Positions 23,183 to 32,036 of a stretch of 64,000 nucleotides of DNA are shown here, in pieces. Origin of the DNA: Candidatus Eutrophobius brisbanensis. Lineage in GTDB: Bacteria; Pseudomonadota; Gammaproteobacteria; Eutrophobiales; Eutrophobiaceae. Position 1 is the first letter of the stretch; each line of letters begins with the position of its first letter. Under the pieces are notes generated by a model. That model ran no database searches. It saw nothing but the letters and a program-made list of their open reading frames with translations, and was not told the DNA's origin. Location of the stretch: contig JAYPQE010000003.1 in NCBI GenBank assembly GCA_038131795.1, forward strand, positions 1,582,630-1,646,629, in the 5' to 3' direction. Position numbers and translations under genes: made by a program.

Positions 23183-24268
23183 ATGAATAACAAAAGTATT
23201 ATCACCCTTATAGCAATCACTCTTGTTATTATTGTTGCGGCTACGATCAGTACCCGTTCTCGTGCGCCGCAAACAGTAATTGAAACGCCATTACTAAACC
23301 CCCAGCTCAAGACCAGGGTCAATGACGTGGCGCAGATGATACTCGAATCCAGTGATGAATCTGTCCATATCTCAAAAGAGGGCAACAACTGGTTTGTCAT
23401 GCAGGCAGACAACTACCCGGCCCAATTCGACAAGGTCAAAAAACTGATCCTGGATACCGCTGATATGACCATACTCGCTGAAAAGACCAGTAATCCTGAA
23501 CTGTATAGCGAGCTGGGCGTAGAAGATATTACAGATGAGAATGCAGATTCAACGCTGATTAGTTTACTGGACAACTCCGGTAATGAGCTTGCAAACATAA
23601 TCATTGGTGATCGACGCGGTACAGGTTCTGTCTATATCAGAATTGCAGGTGAGGAACGGTCCTACGAAGTAAAAGGACAACCGGAAGTATCCGCTGATCC
23701 AACAGACTGGATCACCAAGGCATTATTGAATGTGGATAACGAACGGGTCATGGAGGTGACAATCAATCACCCGGATGAAGAAACAGTTGTACTGGAACGT
23801 GAACAGGATGCGGAAAATTTCACCCTGGTGACAATCCCGGACGGTAGAAAAGCGCGCTCAGAATATTTCACTAACCAGCCTGGGACCTTTCTCGCCGATC
23901 TCAATATTCAAAATGCCAAAAGCCAGGCAAATTTCACTTTTCCTGCAGACCAGGTTGTTACTACCATTAAAACCTATGACGGTCTAATTGCTACAATCCA
24001 TAGCGCAAAGGTGGACAATATCAACCATGCTTCACTGAGTTTTTCCCTTGATGAAACCATCGTCCAGGCGGCAGAGTCGCAGGAACGGGGTATCGTCATA
24101 GGTGAAGATCAAAATGCCCCCCGTGATATCAGGAAAGAAGTTGAAAATCTCAACGAAAAGACCGCCAACTGGGTCTTTATTATCCCTCAGTCGAAATACC
24201 TGCTATTGACCAAACGGGCTGAAGAGCTGACAGACGTTATTGAAGACGTTTCAGACGATTCAGAATAA
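23183..24268 (+). CDS. DUF4340-like periplasmic protein, partner of the GldG-type ABC system
   Basis: 361 aa with an N-terminal TM anchor. It is the last gene of the four-gene cluster. Confidence 0.5.
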   Translation: MNNKSIITLIAITLVIIVAATISTRSRAPQTVIETPLLNPQLKTRVNDVAQMILESSDESVHISKEGNNWFVMQADNYPAQFDKVKKLILDTADMTILAEKTSNPELYSELGVEDITDENADSTLISLLDNSGNELANIIIGDRRGTGSVYIRIAGEERSYEVKGQPEVSADPTDWITKALLNVDNERVMEVTINHPDEETVVLEREQDAENFTLVTIPDGRKARSEYFTNQPGTFLADLNIQNAKSQANFTFPADQVVTTIKTYDGLIATIHSAKVDNINHASLSFSLDETIVQAAESQERGIVIGEDQNAPRDIRKEVENLNEKTANWVFIIPQSKYLLLTKRAEELTDVIEDVSDDSE

Positions 24269-24361
24269 TCCCAACCAGGTTTTTAACTGCCTGCTACTTT
24301 AACCCGACAGGGTGGCAGCGGTATGATGATTACTCTATTAATCATCATGCAGGCATAAAAT

Positions 24362-25087
24362 ATGAATAGCCCCATCCTGACCATACAATTGGTAAACCTT
24401 TCGTTGGCATTCGTCCCGGTATTGATTGTTCTTGCTATCTTGTATAAGTGGTCACTGAATAGCCACACTGCACTGTATGCAGTAGTGAGGATGCTGGTCC
24501 AATTGATCCTGGTGGGTTACGTATTGACCTATGTCTTCTCCATAGAGTCTCCATTTGTGGTCATACTCATTATGACTATCATGTTGACGGCATCTGGAAT
24601 CATCAGCCTGAGATCGGTCCGTGATAAATCCAGGGCGTCCTATATACACCTGATGATTGCAATTACCATTGGCAGTGTCTCTACCCTCTTTTTTATCACC
24701 GGTGTAGTGCTTCAGATCTCACCATGGTATCTCCCACAATATCTCATTCCCCTGGCGGGAATGACCATTGCCAGTTGTATGAATTCTGTCAGTCTTGCGG
24801 CAGAACGCTATGAATCTGAAATAAAAAATGAGATTGACCCCATCGAGGCACGTAAAACAGCAATGAATGCCTGCCTGATCCCCAATATCAATACCTTGTT
24901 CGCGGTGGGAATTGTTTCATTACCGGGGATGATGACGGGTCAAATATTATCGGGCGTTGATCCCTTAATCGCTGTTCGTTATCAGATCGTGGTGATGTGT
25001 ATGGTGTTTGGATGCTCAGGGATGACATCAGCCTATTATCTTTTACTGGCGTCTCACTCAAAAATAGAAAATAAATCAGCAATATAA
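24362..25087 (+). CDS. fetB: Iron export ABC permease FetB (UPF0014/YbbM family)
   Basis: 241 aa. [23 protein letters not shown] and [27 protein letters not shown] align closely with my recollection of E. coli FetB. Confidence 0.85.
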   Translation: MNSPILTIQLVNLSLAFVPVLIVLAILYKWSLNSHTALYAVVRMLVQLILVGYVLTYVFSIESPFVVILIMTIMLTASGIISLRSVRDKSRASYIHLMIAITIGSVSTLFFITGVVLQISPWYLPQYLIPLAGMTIASCMNSVSLAAERYESEIKNEIDPIEARKTAMNACLIPNINTLFAVGIVSLPGMMTGQILSGVDPLIAVRYQIVVMCMVFGCSGMTSAYYLLLASHSKIENKSAI

Positions 25088-25166
25088 TGGTAATACCGGC
25101 TGTCTTGGGACACGTTTGTCCGTTATACTTCATCGCAAATTTTTTAATAATTTTAAGACGTTAAAA

Positions 25167-26087
25167 ATGACTTTTCAGGAATTAATCTTTGCCCTGCAAA
25201 AATACTGGTCTGATTATGGCTGTGTCATCCAGCAACCCTATGATATGGAAATGGGGGCCGGGACATTCCATCCGGCCACCTTTTTACGGGCCATAGGGCC
25301 TGAACCGTGGAATTGTGCCTATGTTCAGCCATCGCGTCGCCCCACAGACGGAAGGTATGGCGATAATCCAAACCGTCTGCAGCACTATTACCAGTTTCAG
25401 GTCATACTCAAACCATCACCTCTGGATATCCAGGAACGCTATCTCGAATCATTGAAAGAACTGGGTATTGACCCGCTTACCCATGATATCCGTTTCGTGG
25501 AAGACAACTGGGAGTCCCCAACCCTGGGTGCATGGGGACTGGGATGGGAAGTCTGGCAAAATGGCATGGAAGTCACACAGTTTACCTACTTCCAACAGGT
25601 GGGCGGACTGGAATGCAGGCCAGTAACTGGCGAGCTAACTTATGGCCTGGAACGCATCGCGATGTATCTGCAGAAAGTAGATAATGTCTACGACCTGGTG
25701 TGGACCGAGACACCTGCCGGGACCGTCACCTATGGAGACATCTACCATCAAAACGAAGTAGAGATGTCCACCTATAACTTCGAAAAGGCTGATACACAAG
25801 TCCTATTTATCCATTTTGATCAATATGAAAAGTCCAGCCACGCATTAATAGAGGATGGCCTGCCTTTACCTGCTTACGAGATGGTCTTGAAGGCATCGCA
25901 TACCTTTAACCTGCTGGATGCCAGACATGCAATTTCCGTTACCGAAAGACAAAATTATATCTTAAGGGTCAGGGAACTGGCCCGTGCTGTTGCCCAGGCA
26001 TTCTTTAACAGGCGAGAGGAACTGGGTTTCCCATTATGCAAACCGCAGAAAACCCAGGCAACACGAAAAAAAGCAAAGAAGAAGTAA
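25167..26087 (+). CDS. glyQ: Glycine--tRNA ligase subunit alpha
   Basis: A start at [14 protein letters not shown] matches GlyQ N-termini. The tracked ORF start at 25116 adds 17 unlikely residues. Confidence 0.93.
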   Translation: MTFQELIFALQKYWSDYGCVIQQPYDMEMGAGTFHPATFLRAIGPEPWNCAYVQPSRRPTDGRYGDNPNRLQHYYQFQVILKPSPLDIQERYLESLKELGIDPLTHDIRFVEDNWESPTLGAWGLGWEVWQNGMEVTQFTYFQQVGGLECRPVTGELTYGLERIAMYLQKVDNVYDLVWTETPAGTVTYGDIYHQNEVEMSTYNFEKADTQVLFIHFDQYEKSSHALIEDGLPLPAYEMVLKASHTFNLLDARHAISVTERQNYILRVRELARAVAQAFFNRREELGFPLCKPQKTQATRKKAKKK

Positions 26088-26098
26088 AAAGTATTTAA

Positions 26099-28198
26099 AT
26101 GGAAACCAAAGATTTATTAATCGAGATCGGGACTGAAGAGTTACCACCAAAGGCATTAAAGCGTCTGGCAATGGCATTTGCTGATGAAATCAGGTCCGGG
26201 TTGGACGATCAGTCGTTAACGTTTGATGCGATTAACTGGTACGCCACACCCAGACGGCTTGCAGTCATTGTTCAACAATTAGCCGCATCTCAGGAAGATA
26301 GGGATATCACCCGTCGCGGACCGGCACTGGCAGCGGCTTTCGATCAAGATGGAAACCCCACCAGGGCAGCTGAAGGATTTGCCGGTTCCTGCGGGGTTGG
26401 TGTGGACAAGCTGGAGACACTGGAAACAGATAAAGGCTCCTGGCTGGTATTCAATGCGTTTGAAAAAGGCAAAGTCTCAGCAGAATTAATCCCTGAAATC
26501 ATCAAGAAGGCGCTGGGAAAATTACCCATCCCCAAACGCATGCGCTGGGGAGACAGGGATGCTGAATTTGTCCGGCCCGTGCACTGGTCGATTGTACTGT
26601 TGGGAAATGAGGTTGTGCCCTGTTCTATCATGGACACTACCGCCGATAATGTCACCTACGGTCATCGCTTCCACTATCCAAAACCTATCCGTCTGCGATC
26701 CGCAAAAGACTATTTAAAGAAACTGGAAGACACCGGCAAGGTGATTGCCGATTTTGAAAAACGAAAAAGTTTAATCGAAACGTCGGTCAATAAATTAGCG
26801 GCCCAGCTCAAAGGTAAAGCGGTCATTGATGCTGAATTGCTGGATGAAGTAACGTCTCTGGTTGAATGGCCAGTGGCCATAGCCGGCAGCTTCGACAGGA
26901 AGTTCCTTGACCTGCCAGGAGAAGTATTGACATCTTCTATGCAGAGTCATCAACGCTACTTCCCAGTGCAGAAAAAAGGCAGCCATGAACTACTAAATCA
27001 TTTTATTACTGTCTCCAATATCGAGAGCAAGAATAAAAAAGAAATTCAATCAGGAAATGAAAAGGTCATACGACCAAGGCTTACTGATGCTGAATTTTTC
27101 TGGAAGCGCGACGGCAGTAAACCACTGGGGGAGTTTGGTGTTCATTTAAAAGATGTCATCTTTCAGAAAAAGATTGGCACCCTGGCGGATAAGACGGAAA
27201 GGATAAAACAACTGGCGATTTATATGGCCCCCTTGTTGAATGTCAAAAAGAAAGAGGCAGGACGTGCAGCTGAACTTTCAAAATGCGATTTATTTACGGA
27301 AATGGTCGGTGAATTTCCGGAATTACAGGGCGTAATGGGAAGATACTATGCCATTAAAAGTGGTGAAGACCCGCAAGTGGCCCAGGCACTGGATGAACAA
27401 TATATGCCTCGCTATGCTGGGGATGATTTGCCCACCTCCCACATCGGTCAAATTTTGGCCATTGCAGACAAAATTGATACCGCTGTCGGGATCTTTGGCA
27501 TAGGCCAGGCACCCACAGGAGATCGGGACCCCTTTGGTCTACGCCGTGCGGCCATAGGTATTTTAAGAATCATTGGCGAATCAGGATATGCACTCTATCT
27601 CGGAGAATTGATAGATAAATCCATAGCCGTCTATGGCGAGGTACTCGTAAAACAGGGCAATACAGAAACACTTTCTCAATTGAAGTCAGAGGTGCAGCTG
27701 TTTTTCAAGGAACGGGCCAGGTACAACCTCAGGGAACAAGGCTTTACTGCTGAAGAAGTAGAAGCAGTCCTGGATCTCTATGCCAACAGGCCCTGGGAAT
27801 ATATCGGCAGACTGAATGCTGTCCGTGAATTCATGGCACTGTCTGAAGCGGCAGTTCTTGCCGAAGCAAACAAGCGGATAATCAATATTATTGTCAAATC
27901 CAATATCAAACATATCAGTGTCATCCCTGACGTCGACCTGTTCGAAACCGAAGAGGAACGAAAGCTGTTTGAAGCAACCAGCAATATTGCAGGCAAGGTA
28001 AATGGTTTCATCGAAAACGGCAAGTTCAGCGATGCCCTGTATGCAACGGCGAAGCTACACGGACCGGTAACGGACTTTTTCGACAAGGTTATGGTCAATG
28101 TTGATAATGAACGCTTACGCAACAACCGCTTTGCATTGCTCTACAATATTGCCGAACTGACTAACCAGGTTGCCAACATCTCAAAGCTCGCAACCTGA
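26099..28198 (+). CDS. glyS: Glycine--tRNA ligase subunit beta
   Basis: 699 aa with N-terminal LLIEIGTEELPPK. Confidence 0.95.
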   Translation: METKDLLIEIGTEELPPKALKRLAMAFADEIRSGLDDQSLTFDAINWYATPRRLAVIVQQLAASQEDRDITRRGPALAAAFDQDGNPTRAAEGFAGSCGVGVDKLETLETDKGSWLVFNAFEKGKVSAELIPEIIKKALGKLPIPKRMRWGDRDAEFVRPVHWSIVLLGNEVVPCSIMDTTADNVTYGHRFHYPKPIRLRSAKDYLKKLEDTGKVIADFEKRKSLIETSVNKLAAQLKGKAVIDAELLDEVTSLVEWPVAIAGSFDRKFLDLPGEVLTSSMQSHQRYFPVQKKGSHELLNHFITVSNIESKNKKEIQSGNEKVIRPRLTDAEFFWKRDGSKPLGEFGVHLKDVIFQKKIGTLADKTERIKQLAIYMAPLLNVKKKEAGRAAELSKCDLFTEMVGEFPELQGVMGRYYAIKSGEDPQVAQALDEQYMPRYAGDDLPTSHIGQILAIADKIDTAVGIFGIGQAPTGDRDPFGLRRAAIGILRIIGESGYALYLGELIDKSIAVYGEVLVKQGNTETLSQLKSEVQLFFKERARYNLREQGFTAEEVEAVLDLYANRPWEYIGRLNAVREFMALSEAAVLAEANKRIINIIVKSNIKHISVIPDVDLFETEEERKLFEATSNIAGKVNGFIENGKFSDALYATAKLHGPVTDFFDKVMVNVDNERLRNNRFALLYNIAELTNQVANISKLAT

Positions 28199-28207
28199 CC
28201 TTAATAA

Positions 28208-28927
28208 ATGGTGAGATTGCGATCAATCCTGTTTTACTTTTTAATGGCGGTTGTCACCGTCTTATTTACCATCCTGGGCATATTAATTCTGCCACTTAAT
28301 TTTCCATTACGATTCAGAATTATGTCTCGCTGGTCGGCCTTCAATCTGTGGACTTTAAAAACAATCTGTGGTCTTGGTTCGGTCATAGAGGGTCTGGAAA
28401 ATATTCCGCAAGGGCCGGCCATCATCATGTGTAAACATCAATCTGCCTGGGAAACCCTGGCACTGCAGATCTATTTCCCACCTCAGGTATGGATATTAAA
28501 ACGCGAATTGCTATGGATCCCCATTTATGGCTGGGGTCTGGCAACCATGCAACCTATTGCGATAGATCGTTCTTCTGGCGTGCGGGCCCTTAAAGATATC
28601 GCCAATCAAGGGAAAGAAAGGCTGGACAAGGGTTACTGGGTCGTCATCTTCCCGGAAGGGACCCGCACGGCACCTGGACAAAAACTTAAATACCAACCGG
28701 GTGGCGGCCTATTGGCAGAAAAAACAGGTTACCCTGTTATACCTGTGACCCATAATGCCGGCCACTTCTGGCCACGTAATAGTCTGGACAAGAAACCGGG
28801 AACCATCACCATGAAAATCGGTCCAGTAATAGACCCGAAAGGAAAATCAGCGAAAGAGATCACCAAAGAAGTAGAAGAATGGATAGAGACAAATGCAGCA
28901 GCTTTACCAGTACCAAACAGGGAATAA
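28208..28927 (+). CDS. plsC: 1-acyl-sn-glycerol-3-phosphate acyltransferase
   Basis: 239 aa with an N-terminal TM helix, an HX4(D/E)-type block KHQSAWET and the FPEGTR block. Confidence 0.85.
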   Translation: MVRLRSILFYFLMAVVTVLFTILGILILPLNFPLRFRIMSRWSAFNLWTLKTICGLGSVIEGLENIPQGPAIIMCKHQSAWETLALQIYFPPQVWILKRELLWIPIYGWGLATMQPIAIDRSSGVRALKDIANQGKERLDKGYWVVIFPEGTRTAPGQKLKYQPGGGLLAEKTGYPVIPVTHNAGHFWPRNSLDKKPGTITMKIGPVIDPKGKSAKEITKEVEEWIETNAAALPVPNRE

Positions 28928-28931
28928 TAAA

Positions 28932-29145
28932 GCCACAGAGGACACAGAGTAAACAATTATTTTTTTATATATCCCGCTATATATTTTAAATTTCTAATTA
29001 GTTTAAATTTTTTTTTAACTCTGTGATCTCTGTGCCCTCTGTGGCATTTTTAAATAAATATCAAATAATTACAAAAATCTTATACCATGCACCCCTTACA
29101 TAAATAAATGTAATATTCTTTACAATCCCTATGTCCTCTGTGGCC
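28932..29145. repeat. Inverted array of CACAGAG/CTCTGTG heptamers (REP-like palindromic units) in the plsC-hisC intergenic region
   Basis: GCCACAGAGGACACAGAGT lies at 28932-28950. ACTCTGTGATCTCTGTGCCCTCTGTGGC lies at 29018-29045. CTATGTCCTCTGTGGCC lies at about 29129-29145. The units are separated by very AT-rich spacers. Confidence 0.6.
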
Positions 29146-29168
29146 AAATTTAATTTAAAATACCCATT

Positions 29169-30227
29169 ATGAATAAATACTTCAGTGACTTCCTGGACAC
29201 ACTTTTACCCTACAAGGCAGGTGAGCAGCCCAGGGACAGGTCATATATCAAATTAAATACCAATGAATGTCCTTATCCGCCCTCGGATTCGGTATTGTCG
29301 GCAATTAAAGAGGCTGCCAATGGTGATCTCAGGTTATATCCGGACCTGAAGGCTTCCCGATTAATAGAATCGATATCTCGTTTTTATTCTGTAAACCAGG
29401 AGAATGTGTTTGTAAGCAACGGTTCAGACGAGGCGCTTGCTTATGCCTTCCAGGCTTTTTTCAAGAAATCCAGCCCGTTATTAATGCCGGATGTCACCTA
29501 CTCATTCTACCCCTCTTACTGCAAACTTTTTTCCATTGACTACCAGACGTTTCCACTAACGGACACGTTTGAGGTCGATATTGACCTGATCCCCGATTCA
29601 ACAGGTCCATTAATTATTGCCAACCCCAATGCACCGACGGGCATCTGTATGGGTCTGAACACCATAGAAAATATCCTGCAAAAGAATACCGGGTCCGTGG
29701 TATTAATTGATGAGGCCTATATTGATTTTGGCGGTGAAACCTGTATCCCGCTTATCGACAAATATCCCAACCTGCTGGTGGTCCAGACTGTTTCCAAGTC
29801 CCGTGCCCTGGCGGGCCTCAGGGTGGGGCTGGCAATGGGAAATAAAGATCTCATTTCGGCACTGGAAGATGTTAAGAACTCATTTAATGCCTACCCCCTG
29901 GATACCCTGGCTATTGCCGGTGCCAGTGCCGCCTTTGATGATCGCGAGGGATTTGAGACCAGCCGACAGAAAGTTATTGCCACCCGGGAATGGACAAAAT
30001 CAAGATTAAAAGAGCTGGCTTTTTATGTGGTCCCCTCCATGACTAATTTCATCATGGCGCAACACAAGGACTACCCGGCCAAAGACCTGTATTTAAAGCT
30101 CAAGGATAACGGGATTCTTATCCGCTATTTTGATAGTCCACGAATCAATAATTTCGTCAGGATAAGCGTCGGTACAGATGGTGACATGCGTGCCTTGATT
30201 GATGCCCTGACCATGATTCTAGGATAG
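29169..30227 (+). CDS. hisC: Histidinol-phosphate aminotransferase
   Basis: 352-aa class-II aminotransferase with PLP-Lys block QTVSKSRALAGLRVG. Confidence 0.85.
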   Translation: MNKYFSDFLDTLLPYKAGEQPRDRSYIKLNTNECPYPPSDSVLSAIKEAANGDLRLYPDLKASRLIESISRFYSVNQENVFVSNGSDEALAYAFQAFFKKSSPLLMPDVTYSFYPSYCKLFSIDYQTFPLTDTFEVDIDLIPDSTGPLIIANPNAPTGICMGLNTIENILQKNTGSVVLIDEAYIDFGGETCIPLIDKYPNLLVVQTVSKSRALAGLRVGLAMGNKDLISALEDVKNSFNAYPLDTLAIAGASAAFDDREGFETSRQKVIATREWTKSRLKELAFYVVPSMTNFIMAQHKDYPAKDLYLKLKDNGILIRYFDSPRINNFVRISVGTDGDMRALIDALTMILG

Positions 30228-30257
30228 GTTCACTTTGCCAATAGTGCAGATAGCCTT

Positions 30258-30917
30258 TCAAGGTATAGCATTCTCTCTGTGAATATCAATCCAAAAGGCC
30301 CATAAAACCATCAGCCACAGGGACTGAACTGTCCAGGTAACAGCCGTAGTAGAGGGTGGTGGCGGTCCAAATATATTACCTATATAAACTATCAACAGAA
30401 ATATAGCCAATGACCAAAGGCCATATTTTCCGATGTTGTCTCTTGCCCGTGTCTGTCGGGTATAGAGCTATAACCCAAAACCAAAAAAGGCCAATTCCAG
30501 AGGAATGACCACAGCGGGAAAATCCCACAGCCCTAATCCCAAAAGTACATTTTCAGAAAAGCTAAACGGCATGTCCGCCCGGTGGGTAAGAACGTCCAGC
30601 AACCAGTGGCTTACTACCACAAGCGCAATAACCAGTGCTGACATTAATTTACTGCGTTTTATTAAATAGAACATGCCTCCTAAAATTACACCCCAGATCA
30701 CCATCCCTGACAGGCTATGTGAATAAGGATAATGAATAAATTTTAAAGGGGTAATGACGGTATTGCCTGGATCAACCTCGAATGACTCAATACCCAATAA
30801 GACCAGGTTAGGCCAGATCAGGTCTGCTAGCTGACAGGCGATAAACATCACCCCCAGAGAAACATCAGGCGCAACCCTCTTGGCGCCCAGTGCCACGGCA
30901 TAATGTCCAATAAACAT
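30258..30917 (-). pseudogene. Membrane metal-dependent hydrolase family gene interrupted by an in-frame TAG (149 codons + TAG + 69 codons)
   Basis: The ORF at 30468-30917 (MFIGHYAVALGAKR...) ends at a TAG at 30468-30470. The same frame continues as LYTRQTRARDNIGKYGLWSLAIFLLIVYIGNIFGPPPPSTTAVTWTVQSLWLMVLWAFWIDIHRENAIP to a TGA at 30258-30260. Confidence 0.6.
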
Positions 30918-30958
30918 TTTTTTCTTATCCAGGCAAAATACTTTAATCTATTATTTAC

Positions 30959-31477
30959 ATGATAATTCGAATTGCAAATATAAAAGATCTAAAAGACATT
31001 GTAGACATTTACAACCAATCGATTATATCCGGTAATAAAACCGGACATACCAGGACATTTGACGTTGGACAAAGAGTTGACTGGTTCAATGCTCATAGCA
31101 CCGATCGTTACCCTATTATGATAGCCGAGGTAGATCATGAGATTAGAGGATATTTAAGCCTGAGTGCTTACCGGGAAGGTCGAGAGGCCTTCGCCAGTAC
31201 CGCTGAAATCAGTTTTTACGTGGACAATAATTATCAGGGGGAAAATATTGGCAGTCAGTTACTACAACAGGCTATCAACCTTTGTCCAGAACTGAAAATA
31301 AAAAACCTGGTTGCCATGCTCATAGAAGGCAACCAGGTGAGTATAGGATTACTTGAAAAATTCGGTTTTAAAAAATGGGGGCACTTGCCCGACATTGCTG
31401 AATTCGATGAAAATGTAACCGGCCATTTATATTATGGCCTACGTATTAACGGCAAATTACGTTTACCTGACTTCTGA
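30959..31477 (+). CDS. GNAT family N-acetyltransferase (phosphinothricin acetyltransferase-like)
   Basis: 172 aa with an acetyl-CoA binding block around QGENIGSQLLQQAI. Confidence 0.75.
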   Translation: MIIRIANIKDLKDIVDIYNQSIISGNKTGHTRTFDVGQRVDWFNAHSTDRYPIMIAEVDHEIRGYLSLSAYREGREAFASTAEISFYVDNNYQGENIGSQLLQQAINLCPELKIKNLVAMLIEGNQVSIGLLEKFGFKKWGHLPDIAEFDENVTGHLYYGLRINGKLRLPDF

Positions 31478-31957
31478 ACGTTTCAAGAGCCTTTCGTCAT
31501 ACCTGACTTTCTGCTCATCGGTTAAAATCTTTCGCATTTCTATCAGGTGTTCGTAACGAAGACGCATGATCTGGTTTTTAGCGGCCATGAGTTCATCTAT
31601 CTTTGCATAAACTACATCTAATTTGACATCTTCGCGGATGGTCATTTCATTGAGTTCTTTCAGGGCCCTTGCCTCTTGTTCCTTATATGGCTTTTGATCA
31701 TCGTCCAGTTGATGATGCATGTGATCAATTTCTGCCCGCTGCTCCGGGGAATGGTTTCCACCTTGACCATGCTGGTGGCCTCCACCGGCATTTTGCTGGT
31801 GCTGTTCCTGTTGACCATGCTGGTGACCTTCACTGGCACTTTCCTGGTGTTTGGTCTTATCACCGTCACCTTGCTGGTGTTGTTCCTGGGCCACGACGCC
31901 AGAACAAATAAATAACAAAGAAATGATAATAAATACTGAATGTTTCACCCGGTTCAT
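31463..31957 (-). CDS. Periplasmic Spy/CpxP/ZraP-family protein with a His/Gln-rich repeat region
   Basis: It has a signal peptide, repeated HQHGQ/EQHQQ units and an LTXXQ motif (LTDEQK). Its 3' end overlaps the convergent GNAT gene by 15 nt. Confidence 0.65.
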   Translation of the reverse strand: MNRVKHSVFIIISLLFICSGVVAQEQHQQGDGDKTKHQESASEGHQHGQQEQHQQNAGGGHQHGQGGNHSPEQRAEIDHMHHQLDDDQKPYKEQEARALKELNEMTIREDVKLDVVYAKIDELMAAKNQIMRLRYEHLIEMRKILTDEQKVRYDERLLKRSEVR

Positions 31958-32036
31958 ATTAATTCTCCAAAAAGATGTTATTACCGATTATTTGATACCC
32001 AAGATTATCGTAAGTTTGATTATTTGCCAATAATAG

